Of a stretch of DNA of 64,000 nucleotides, positions 1-11,820 are shown piece by piece. The position numbers and the translations under genes are program-made. The stretch lies in assembly GCF_964194025.1 (NCBI RefSeq), contig NC_134468.1, positions 13,144,001-13,208,000 on the forward strand. The letters are read 5' to 3'. Below the pieces are notes generated by a model that had not been told where the DNA came from, did not search any database, and worked only from the letters and a program-made list of their open reading frames with translations. Each line of letters begins with the position of its first letter. The first letter of the stretch is position 1. This stretch comes from Convolutriloba macropyga (lineage: Eukaryota).

Positions 1-49
1 ATATTCGCTGTCATACAAAGTTATTGATGATCACTTTGTTTTCTGTTGA

Positions 50-742
50 GTGAACACTAGGAAATTTTTCGGCCTTATGGACACCCGAAGGATTTTTATG
101 CTAATGGATCACCCGAAAAATTTTCGGCAAATTGAATACCAGGAAATGTTTCGGCTAAATGAGCTCTCGAAAAATTTCGGCTAATTGAACACTGGGAAAT
201 TTTTCGGCTAAATGATCACTTGAAAAATATGCGGCTAATTGAACACTAGTTGTTTCGGCTAAATGAACACGCGAAAAATTTTCGGCTAATTGAAAACCAG
301 GAAATTTTTCGGCTAATTGAACACTAGGAAATTTTTCGGGTAATTGAACACTTGAAAAATTTTTCGGCTAATTGAACACTAGGATTTTTTCGGTTAATTG
401 AAATCCCAAAATATCTTCGGCTAACTGAACACCCAAAAATATTCGGCTAATTGAGTATCCATGTTACTCGGCTAATTGAGCAAACAATTTATTCGTCTAA
501 TTGAGCACTCAACGTAATTCGGCTAATTGAGCACCAAAGTTATTCGGCTTATTGAGCACTCAAAGTTATTCGGCTAATTGAGCATTCAACGTTATTCGGC
601 TAATTGAGCACCCAAGTTTATTCAGCTAATTGAGCACCAAAGTTATTCGCCTAATTGAGCACCCAAGTTATTCGGCTAATTGAGCAACCAAGTTGTTCGG
701 CTAATTGAGCACTCAGCGCTATTCGGTTAGTTTAGCACTCAA
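50..742. repeat. Minisatellite A, 25-30 bp unit with core TTCGGCTAATTGA(A/G)CAC
   Basis: About 25 tandem units visible directly. Confidence 0.95.
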
Positions 743-904
743 AATTTTTTCGGTTACTTGTTTCAAAGTTGGGGTCTGCCGCCATCGTGAATATGAGAAG
801 CACCAAATAGAGATAGAGTTTACTTTGTCTAGAACGTTTAAGACTAAAGTTTTTTCTTGCAGTTTTTCCACACTTCCCTGCCTCAAAAGACACTGTCCTT
901 ACGA

Positions 905-1275
905 ATGATCAATCCTCTGTGTGCAAGAGGACCAAAAACTGTCACTGACCCAGCCTCTGTTTGCCACAAGACCAATGACATTTACTAACTCGGGCTCTGT
1001 GCACCAGAAGTACCAATAGTAGTCACTGATCGTGCCTCTGTGCGCCAGAAGTCCCTATAGTAATCACTGACCATGCCTCTGTGCGTCAAATGCTCCAATA
1101 GCAGTCATTGACCCAACCTCGGTGCGCCAAAAGTTCAAATAGTAGTCACTGAACCAGCCTCTGTGCGTCAGAAGTACCAATAGTAGTCACTGACCCAGGC
1201 TCTGTGCGACCGAGCCTCTGTGCGCCAGAAGTCCCAACAAGAGTCACTGACCAAGCCTCTGTGCGTCAGAAGTTG
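905..1275. repeat. Minisatellite B, 41 bp unit (CACTGACCCAGCCTCTGTGCGCCAGAAGTNCCAATAGTAGT)
   Basis: About 9 tandem units. Confidence 0.95.
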
Positions 1276-2179
1276 GCGGAAAGCGGACGATGTAATCCTT
1301 AACCCAATTACTTTCGCTCGGTGGACCAAAAAATTCGAGCTAGATAACGTATAAAACACGAACTACAGGGAAAAGATAAAAGAACAATCTTTATTCAATC
1401 TTGTTGTGTGTGACGTAATGTGGCCTTGCTGTGGCCTTAAAAATAAACTATTCAATGCGTTGTGTTACTCTAATCATTTTATATCTAGGTCATCTTAGTC
1501 TAAATTGGGCTAGTTTAGCTTAAAACCGCTCTCAAACGGTTCGTTGCTCAAGGCACAGGCATTAGAATACGTATTTTGCTTCATAAGGTTCGACATGGGT
1601 TCCTAGGGTTCGTAGGGTGCTTAGATTGAGAATACAGTACTATACTATATGCGCTACGGTTACTTGGTTTTGGTACGCATACAATTTGAATATACTCACT
1701 TACTTTTTCCGCTGCATACAATTCTCGCTGGCTTGTAATTTGTGTTTACAACCTTTTCAAAAGCGAGAATTTGTTTTTGGTTTTTACTGCTTCACATTTA
1801 CCCAAACGTTTTTCAAAAAGATTTCAACATTTGTTATTCTGACTTTCATAAATTGTACTTTTCGGGAAAAAAATTTCAGCAAACTAGATAGTCTTTCTTT
1901 TTAACTGAATATTGATATAGTCGAAATTCTTTTTAGTTCAAACCCTTGACATGGACATGAGACAAGCGCTCTTCAAGTTTTCAAAACGAAAGGTCTGTAA
2001 AGACAATTGACGAGAATCACAAAACATTAAGTAGTTTAAGGGAATGGCACTAAAAAATGGTACTGCCACGGAAACACACAAACAGACATTGAAAAATTTG
2101 TTTCATAAAAATAAAAAGGATTTTCGCAAATTTGGACAATTAGATATTTTTTTAACTAGTTTTGGGATCTAAGTAAACG

Positions 2180-2535
2180 TCGGCTAATTGAACACTAGAA
2201 AATTTTTCAGGTAATTGAACACTCGGAATTTTTTTTGGCTAATTGAACACCCGGAAAATTTTCGGCTAATTGAACACCTGAAAATATTCGGCTAAGTGAG
2301 AACACAGGTTATTCGGCTAATTGAGCACCCAAAGTTATTCGGCTGATTGAGCACCCAAGTTATTCGGGTAATTGAGCACCCAAGTTATTCGGCTAATTGA
2401 GCACCCAAGTCATTCGGCTAATTAAGCACTCAACGTTGTTCGGCAAATTGAGCACCCAATATTATTCGGCTAATTGAGCACCCAAGTTATTCGGCTAATT
2501 GAGCACCCAAAGTTATTCGGCTAATTAAGCACTCA
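2180..2535. repeat. Minisatellite A, second array
   Basis: About 14 units with the same core as 50-742. Confidence 0.95.
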
Positions 2536-2699
2536 AAATTTTTTTGTTTGCTTTTTTCTAAGTTGGGGTCTGCCGCCAGTATGAATATACGAAGCACCAA
2601 ATAAAGATAGAGTTTTTTTTTGTCTGGAGCGTTTAAGACTAAAGTTTTGTCTTAAAATTTTTCCACACTTCCCTGCCCCAAAAGACACTGTCCGTACGA

Positions 2700-3095
2700 A
2701 TGACCAATCCTCTGTGTGCAAGAAGACCAAAAACTTTCACTGATCCAGCCTCTGTTCGCCATAAGACCATTGGCAGTTACTATCTCGGGCTCTGTGTACC
2801 AGAAGTACCAATAGTAATCACAAACCTAGCCTCTTAGCGCCATAAGTACCAATAGAAGTCACTGACCCAGCCTCTGTGCGGCAGAAGTACCAATAGTAGT
2901 CACTGACCCAGCCTCTGTGCGCCAGAAGTCTCAGTAGTAATCACTGACCAAGTCTCTGTGCGCCAGAAGTTCCAATAGTAATCTTTGACCCATCCTCTGT
3001 GCTCCAGAAGTCCCAATAGTAGTCACTGATCCAGCCTCTGTGCGTCAAAAGTTCCAATAGCAGTCACTGACCCAGCCTCTGTGCGCCAGAAGTTG
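2700..3095. repeat. Minisatellite B, second array
   Basis: About 10 units of the 41 bp repeat. Confidence 0.95.
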
Positions 3096-3563
3096 ACGTA
3101 AAGCTGACGATGTAATCCTTAACCCGATTACTTTCGCTCGGTGGACCAAAATATTCGAGCTAGATAACGTATAAAACACGAACTACAGGAAAAGATAAAA
3201 GAACAATCTTTATTCAAGATATCATTACGTATTTTTCAACAATAGGCTCTTATTCGTTCACATGTAACAATACTCCAGTTCGTACACAATAGATATCTAA
3301 CTTAACCCTGAGACAAAAAGGGCAGACAGTACCTGTTAGCTTTTTGTAAGCCAATAGAGACCAATTGGGCTCATGTGTGACGTAATTTGGCCTTGCTGTG
3401 GCCTTAAAGTTAAACCATTCAAGGCGTTTTGTTATTCTAATATTTTTTATATCCAAGTCATCTTAGTCTAAGTCGGGCTAGTTTAGCTTAAAACCACTCT
3501 CAAACGGTTTGTTGCTCAAGGCACATGTATTAGAACACGGATTCTGCTTCATAGGGTTCGACA

Positions 3564-3633
3564 TGGTTGGGGCTCGAACCACCGGCCCTTAGATTGAGAG
3601 GACAGTACTGTACTAACTGCGCTACGGTTACTA
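3564..3633 (-). mobile_element. tRNA-derived SINE head or tRNA pseudogene (degraded twin at ~1600-1664)
   Basis: Reverse complement AGTAACCGTAGCGCAGTTAGTACAGT...GCCGGTGGTTCGAGCCCCAACC has Pol III A box and B box (GGTTCGAGCCC), but the anticodon stem does not pair. Confidence 0.65.
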
Positions 3634-4129
3634 GTTTTGGCCCGCATACAATTTTAATATACTCACTTACTTTTGTCGCTGCATTCAATTCTCGCTGGCT
3701 TGTAATTTGTGTTTACAACATTTTCAAAAGCAAACATCTTTTTCGATTTTTACTGCTTCACATTTACCCAAACGTTTTTCAAAAACATTTCAACATTTGT
3801 TATTCTGACATTCAAAAACTGTACTTTTCGGGAAAATAGTTTACAGCATACTAGATAATCTTTCTTTTTAACTGAATATTGATATAGTCGAAATTCTTTT
3901 GGTTCATACCCTTGACCTTGACATGAGAGAGGTGCTCTTCAAGTTTTCAAAACAAAAGGTCTATAGAGAAAAAGGACGCGAATCACAAAACATTATGTAG
4001 TTTAAGGGAATGGCACTAAAAAATGGTACGTCCACGGAAATACAAAAGAGTTGTTTCAAAAAATAAAAATGATTTTTGGAACTTTGGACAGTTAGATATT
4101 TTTCAGTAGTTTTGGGGTCTAAGTAAACG

Positions 4130-5880
4130 TAGTGCAAAACTGAGTGTAATTTTTATGTCATCTTCTTTTTTGCTTCAAAAAGCTATAAAAAATAACACAA
4201 ATTAAAATTGTTTCGAAATTCTGGCTCGATAACATACTCTGATTCAGGTTGAAAAAAACGAACCTTGTCGACCATTTGCTTCCGCGGAAAACGCACTTTG
4301 AAATATTAGTAAACATTTTCTCACCAGCGTATCATTTCAATCAACGTTATCATTTTACCATGCATTGTAACTTTATTGACGCTCAAAATTGAATAATTAT
4401 TCAAAATCAGTTTAATTGCTTTTTAAAATTTACCATCTGCCGGTCCATCTAAAAAATGGCAGTTCGATCAGAAAAAAGTCAAATTTATTACTGATAAAAC
4501 CAGGGAGCATTGAAACAAAAAGGATTTTGTAGTTCATCGAAACATTTGCTGAATCTCTAAGAATCTGAAAAAATTTTTGATTTGTTTTTAAGTGCATGAC
4601 TCACAAACAAGAAGCAATTTGCCTCACTGTGACAAAGCTGCATCTAGTCTAAAGTAATAGCATCATCTCTACAGTTTTTATGGAAAATTTGCTTATAGCA
4701 ACGAGATTGCTCTCTTCAATACAAATATTGGCGGCAAGGTAGTTAAGATATAAAGAAACTAGAAACAAGTTTCTATCACCTAGTAACAGATGCTATAAAA
4801 AATTTGTGCAAACTGATCTGCTTTTCTTGTATATCGATAAGGGCAAATTCGAAAAAAAGATCGGTCTGTTTTTAATGGTGAAAATCATATGCAAATTAAT
4901 AGCTTACCGAAAACAGCACATCTTCTGCGTCGATTTTATATAAAAATCTCGTAGGTTGCAACAAGTTACAACACAGCATTTTAAAGGGTGGAATGTTTCA
5001 GGATATCATTCAATACTGAGCCTAGGAAGGAGCCGTCAAGTAGAAGTATTTTGTTCGAGGCTATTTTTTGGCTGTTATAAAAGTTAAGTTCAAAAAAATT
5101 AGAGCAGATGATCACAGTAGATTCAGCCAAACATTTCAAAATATTTAAAAAGCTTCAATTGTCGAAAAATGCCAGTTCATGTGACAGTACAAAAACTAGA
5201 AGCTAACAGAAAAACATTTCAGGATTTAACCGCTACAGCGTTTTCAATAAAACATCTACAAAATGTACTGAAGGTACGTGTTCAGCATTGAAAACGAGTC
5301 AGTTTAAATTGAGAAGAATTCTTTTCGCCTGAATGACACATATACTTTTAACCGGAACTAACATCGAAGTTCTTTATTCGCTCGAAATGTTGAATAACTT
5401 ATATGCCAAACTCAAACAAAAACAGCATAATATCCTAGTTGAATCCTAGTTGTGACATTCAGTGATTGTAGCTGAATATTTTTGTTGCGGTTGCGTTCTA
5501 TTTTCGATCATCTGGAATAGAGCAGCAATTCCACTATCGCAATTACGAAGTGAATTTGTCTCATTAAGATTAGTGGAAAGCTGATTCGTTTCCAATTACT
5601 TCTTTGAAGGGGCTCATCAGAGACAAAATTTAGAGAGCAACCTCACTTTGTGAATCAAATCAGAAGAATGAATTATGCTTAAAAGGTGAGCCACATAAAC
5701 AAATAATTGCTCAAGAGACTGGAGGTAAAGTTAGATCAAGTAAACAACATTTACTAAAGTCAAGGTAGCAATGGAACATCATTTCGTACAGAATTAACTG
5801 TGCCACATATCCGCCTCTTGAAATCAATAATTTCTTAACAATTATTTTTTTCAAACTTTAGTGAACTATTTGAATCGAAT
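4130..5880 (+). pseudogene. Probable decayed LRR-gene fragment
   Basis: Hand translation gives LRR-like pieces between stops, e.g. MTHILLTGTNIEVL at 5333-5374; patchy similarity to ~27000-27300. Not verified by profile search. Confidence 0.4.
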
Positions 5881-6530
5881 AATAACCATTGCGTATACAT
5901 ATATAAGTTATGATAAGAGTTCATTTTGCTTTGATTCCAAAATCCATAGTATTTGTGAGCATTTCGTGGTCGTTTTTGCAGTCAAGGTTGAAGGAGTGGA
6001 CTGAGCGGACGAGAAGGATGTTGCATCACTACTTCGACGGGAAAAAGGCAATGGCTATGTTTACTTTCTGTCAGACATTGACTAAGAATTCGCTGAGGAA
6101 ATACCAGAAATGTTATACGGCCGAAGATGGCGAATGCGTTCTTTTTTGAACGTCTAGAATAGAGCAGCAATTCGACTATCGCAATGACGTAGTGAAATTG
6201 TCTCAATCAGATTAGTAGAAAGCTGCCGCGTTTCAATTTTTTTTGAAGCGGCTCATCAGAGAAAGATTTGAGAGAGCAACCTGATTTTGAGAATAAAATC
6301 AGAAGAATTAATTATACTTAAAGAGTGGGTGACATAGACAAACAACTGCTCACGAGACTGGAGACAAAATTAGATCAAGTGAACACCATTTACTAATGTC
6401 AATGTAACATTGGAACGTAATTTAGTAAGGAATTATCTTCTGTGCCAAATATCCACCTCTTCAAATCAATAATTTTACAACAGATATTATTTACAAACTT
6501 TGGTGAACTATTTGAAACGAATAATAACCA

Positions 6531-6573
6531 ATAACCAGTGCATATACCAACGTATGATAACAAGCAAAAGTTG

Positions 6574-6625
<52 letters not shown>

Positions 6626-6669
6626 TTTGACTGGTTATCATAACTAATAAATCTATATGCACTGGTTAT
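6531..6669. repeat. (TA)n tract flanked by perfect 16 bp inverted repeats (also 7829-8011 and 14728-14898)
   Basis: ATAACCAGTGCATATA ... TATATGCACTGGTTAT, plus inner TATGATAAC/GTTATCATA. Confidence 0.9.
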
Positions 6670-7880
6670 CATAGCTAGTGATAGTAAAAATATGGAATTG
6701 TACTGTGTTTTAAGGTGATAATTTTTCCCGTCATTCATTGTGGCAAAAGTATGTATTCAAAACAGTTATTAGCGAAAATAAGTGAGGTATGGAAATGTGA
6801 TACATTTCAAAATATTAACATAATGAGAGTATTGAGGAATTGAATAACTGCATTGGAACAGAGAATTAATTTGACTGCAATATAACTTACATTGTACAAT
6901 TAAATAAACAATATGGAATGCCGGAAGAATTGAGGGTTTAATAATGCAACACTGTATTAAAATTGTTTGAATACCTAAGTTCAAATCTGATTTCTGGCAT
7001 GAAAAAGAGACTTACTGATTTTTCTCTCATAATCCTCATATTAATAGTTGGTCGGAAATGAGTGACTCCAAGGGTCTGATCCGAGGTCAAGAAGGATTAC
7101 CATTGCTAAATTGAATGTGGTTTTATCCGCGGGAGGAAGATTTGACACTTCTTGATGCTCTGAGGCAATTTCATGGTTGTCATACCGAGAGCGTTTTTTA
7201 CCGTTGTTTTCATCTGATTCAATGACAGAGTTCGTTTTGCTTTGATTCCAAAATCCGTAGTATTTCGTGGTTGTTTTTCGCAGTCAAGGTTGAAGGAGTG
7301 GACTGAGTGGACGAGAAGGATGCTGCATCACTACTTCGACGAGAAAAAAGGCAATGTTTTTGTTTACTTCCGGTCAGACATTGAATAAGAATTTGCTGAA
7401 GAAATACCAGAAATGTTATATGGCCGAAGATGGCGAATGCGTTCTTTTTTGAACGTCTAGAATAGAGCAGCAATTCGACTATCGCAATGACGTAGTGAAC
7501 TTGTCTCAATCAGATTAGTAGAAAGCTGCCGCGTTTCAAATTGTTTTTTGAGGCGTCTCATCAGAGAAAGATTTGATAGAGCAACCTGAATTTGAGAATA
7601 AAATCAGAAGAATGAATTATGCCTAAAGAGTGGGTGACATAGACAAACAACTGCTCACTAGACTGGAGACAGAGTTAGATCAAGTGAACACCCTTTACTA
7701 ATGTTAAGGTAACATTGGAACAAAATTTCGTACAGCCTTATCTTCTGTGCCAAATATCCGCCTCTTCAAATCAATAATTTTACAACAAATATAATTTACA
7801 AACTTTGGTGAACAATTTGAATCGAATAATAACCAGTGCATATACCAACGTATGATAACAAGCAAAAATTGTTTAATATA

Positions 7881-7938
<58 letters not shown>

Positions 7939-8139
7939 TGCATATATATATAATTATATATGGAACTATTGGCTGGTTATCATAACTAATAAATCTATAT
8001 GCACTGGTTATCATAGCTAGTGACAGTAATAATATGCAACGGTACTGCGTTTTAGGGTGAAGATTTCTTCTTTATTCATTGTGGCAAATGTATGTATTCA
8101 AAACAGTTATTAGGGAACATGAGTGAGGTATGGAAATGT

Positions 8140-10217
8140 GATGCATTCTTGATGCACTGAGGCAATTTCATGGTTGTCATACCGAGAGCGTTTTGAACCG
8201 TTGTTTTCATCTGATTCAATGACAGAGTTCGTTTTGCTTTGATTGTCAAATCCATTGTATTTGAGAGCATTTCGTGGTCGTTTTCCAGTCGAGGTTAAAG
8301 GCGTCGACTGAGCGGACGAGAAGCAGGTTGCGGCACTACTTCGACGGGGCGAAAAAAGCAATGGCTTATTTGGCTTTCCGGCAGATATTGACTAAGAGAT
8401 ATTCGATTTTGCTGAGGAAACACCAGAAATATTATCTGGCGAAAGACAGCGAATCTTTAAAGCACCTCAGTTTTTTTTCAAGTCTTTCGTGCGGGTTCAA
8501 AATTTTATCTTTGACGATCTTATCATATGGGCGAGGCTGACGTTGGCCTTGGTGCCCAATTCAGCGATGTCGCTTTTCCGTACGCAAATTTCCTAAACTC
8601 CTGGCTCCCTAGTTACTGAAGTTGTGCCTGAGATGCGAGTGACGACTAGCCCAGGTGAAAAAGTTTTAATAGAGGCCGTGTGGGTCATGTTTTGATCAAT
8701 TCTTAACTTTTCGAGCCATTTTGTGTTCCAATGAACGCTCAGTGTGGGTTACGAGATTTGTCAATTTTGTGTTCATGATGAATCTAGAAATCAATTTTTT
8801 TTTCTGACCGTTGAAATTTCGTCCAGCACCATTTGAGCTTTCGCCATGTCCCCCTCAAATTTTAGGTCCCTCCTACTGTTGTGGCCCACCCATTTTCCTC
8901 TAGATAGTCAGAGACGAGTACGACATCATTGTCTAAATAGTGACTTAAAAGTTTTCGGATAAGATAGATTTTTGCTGTTGGGATCAGTACTTCTATTATT
9001 AGGCTTTGGGTTTGGCAGTCTGCATTAGTGTGCTTGGAAAAGTGGCACTTCTGTGGTCTTTTGTTTGCATATCGGTAATTGATATACAGTTGTATTAATT
9101 GATGAATGTATTGTAAATGCCATTGAACTGTTTGCGAGTTCAATATATCCCAATCTTCTCTTAATGGTTTGGATTAAACTTCCAACTACTTCTATTGCTC
9201 TATGGTCATTGGTTGGTGCCGTGATTATATTAATGTTGTTGTTTTTAAAGGAAATTTTGACTTTATATCCGACGAGACATAGCGCCTGATCTCATGGAAT
9301 ATTTTGGGGTACACTATGTATGTGTATACAGTCTTCTAAAAATTTTACAACACTATGACCATTATCTTGTTCGAAAACGTAAGTTGTTGGATTCATTGAA
9401 AAGCGATCATTACATGCAAGAAAATGAATATCTTGTTCCTTTTTGTCTGATAGTGGTCCTAAAAGTCTTTGTATTTCATCGCTTGGTTTGGAACAGTTTT
9501 CTAACGGTCGCCTCTGTGACGCGGGTATTATAGATCTGAGGTTCTAACAATATCGGTACAGGGTTTACACTTAGCATTCTCCATTAGAAATTCCTTGTGC
9601 ATGTATGGCCAAAATGAGTGTTAGAAAAGTAAGTATTTTTTAAACCAACTAATTTATAATCCATAGGTTTTCGAAAAGCTTCCGGCATATCAGTTAAACC
9701 GTAGAAACATGTAATGAAGAGATGTGTTCCGGTATGTTCGCCGTTTACAATATTTAAGCTGCAATGACATGACGTTTCGGCGACTAAATTTAATTGACTG
9801 TAAGCGCATTTCAAATCCAGTGTTGTATTGTATCTGCTGGTTGAGTTGTTGCTTGTGGATTTAGATTTGTTGTATCATGTCTAATAAATTATCACTTTAT
9901 GGCACTTAACATTTGTTTTTAAGAAAATTTTGGATTCTAGCGTTAATTTCACAGATTTATTTATTTTAACAGTGATGGCAATTGGGAATGAAATCTTTAT
10001 TTGAACAACTATTTAATTTTACTATCTGTTTTTCACCTGTGAATTTTTGTATTTCAAAATTGACTAAACTTAAGAGATTAATAGGAACACGTTGCCCTTT
10101 TTGATATGTTGAAGTGAAATTTTGTGAAATGTCAATATGACTGTGCTTTTACCTGACTTATTAGAACGCGGTATGATATCAGGGAAATGGTGATCTGCAT
10201 TGTAGTGATTAACAATA

Positions 10218-10307
<90 letters not shown>

Positions 10308-11820
10308 TAATCTTGATTGATTAAGGGAGAGACCTAATTGATGATAGAAAACCCTAACAAAAATGGGCCAATGACCGCTTACTTTAATTTATTTATCCTG
10401 TCACTCATTACTGCTTACTGTTGTTGATAATCATGCCCATAGTCTTGATAATGTCGTTTGAGAAATTTTTCTAGTCTTGTTAGTCTTTAGTTGTCCAAAA
10501 GCTGTATTCATTTCGATTGACCACTCCGTTAACCAGATTTTGGGTTTTTTGTGCAAACACTTCCGAAATCCAACAACATTTTCGTGTCTATGTTTTTGAA
10601 CTGTATTTGAAGTTTTATCGGTTTCACTTTACCGAAATTTTGATTATTAGAATTGACAGCAGCGCAGTTAATCTACTTATTTTCTGTTTGGTCGTAGTCG
10701 TCTTTTTAATAATTTTGACTGAAAAAATGGTTGCCGATTGCCTTGACTTGATCGTCAACTGAAGCTACGATCGTTGTGGTCTCGAATTGATCATCGTTTA
10801 GATTATTCACACTGGTTTTTGTTTTCCATTTTTTTTTTTGCTTTTTCTACCGACTTTGTCAAAGTGATTCGTTATACAGAACTGGCTGCATTAAATTTCA
10901 TGTGTGGGGCAATTTTGTCGACGCAATAGAGACCAATTGTTACCATAATTTGGACAGAGGGTTGGTTTACGTGGGTTGGCTTAGAGATTGAAATTTATAG
11001 TAGTTTTGTACGTTACTCACCGACTGGTTTGCTCCGGAGGCTCCTGTATATGCAGGAACACTGGAGATTTTTAATTATTTTTTCATCCCGATTTCAATGT
11101 TTTTTGCCTATTCTAAAGCACTTTTAGGTTCGATTGTCCTTTGAGTAGCTCTCGCTTTATATCTCCATCTAGCACATTTGCCAAGAAAACATCACGGATG
11201 ATAGAGTCTTTGTGGCTTCCAACATCAAAATTGAGAAAGTGAGAGAGGGAGAGAGAGTTCCCTCAAGCAGCCGTAGAATGTCTCATTGGGCTCTCCTTTC
11301 GGTTGTTGGCGGGTCAAAAACTTAGCAATCAAATGTCATGATTTGTTGCTTAGTGAATATGATATCCAATATGGCTCACAATTATCTAGTTGTCAATTTG
11401 TCAATTTCAGATTTTTTTTAGTGAGAGGAAAAAATTTGAGGTCCTTCCGCACCCCTGCTTAAGTTTGACAGGGAGAGGGTTCCACAGAGGATTACTGCGG
11501 CTTCAGTCTTTTGACATTTTTTTCAGCAATGTGTTTTTAATTGCTCATTTCTTATGCGTCGATCTCGCTCACTTTGAGCTATTTTTTTCCCAACATCCTC
11601 TCCATACACTGGTTCTGGTGGAAGTGTTACTTTCTTTGAGGGAGGTTTGCTGAGATTGTCGATTGAAATACCTATTTGGCAAGAATCGCTATTTTCAATA
11701 TAACGCGCCGTCGTTAACAGTGTAGAGGGGGTTCGAGAGCCGGTTTGTCAGAAAAGGGTTCAATTCTGAGAAGTTCTCCTTCTTTGGTTGCTGACTGTGC
11801 CACATGATAATTGGGCTTGA
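8140..11820 (-). mobile_element. Decayed Ty3/Gypsy copy with internal deletion
   Basis: RT fragment KCAYSQLNL..HCSLNIVNGEHTGTHLFITCFYGLTDMPEAFRKPMDYKLVGLKNTY (ORF 9584-9814) fused at ~9626 directly to the integrase fragment; gag knuckle remnant CPNYGNNWS...NCP...CSQFCITNHF at ~10860-10960; paralogous to 15370-20770. Confidence 0.9.
10221..10309. repeat. (TA)n microsatellite inside the Gypsy copy (paralog at 18918-18965)
   Basis: Direct observation. Confidence 0.95.

Larger units (their letters stand above)
220..4130. repeat. Tandem duplication of a ~2 kb unit (approx. 220-2179 and 2180-4130)
   Basis: Same order in both copies: satellite A, spacer, satellite B, unique sequence, SINE head, unique tail ending TCTAAGTAAACGT. 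Copy 1 lacks ~150 bp present at ~3218-3375. Confidence 0.92.

Noticed and set aside
50-3095. CRISPR-like appearance of regularly spaced repeats
   Set aside because: Inter-core sequences are themselves repeated with no unique spacers, no cas genes, and the DNA is eukaryotic; these are minisatellites.
3564-3633. Functional tRNA gene (also 35191-35257)
   Set aside because: A and B boxes are present, but acceptor and anticodon stems do not pair properly and degenerate copies exist; treated as SINE heads.
6399-8014. ORFs with YIYIYI runs (also 14773-14967)
   Set aside because: Translations of (TA)n microsatellites.
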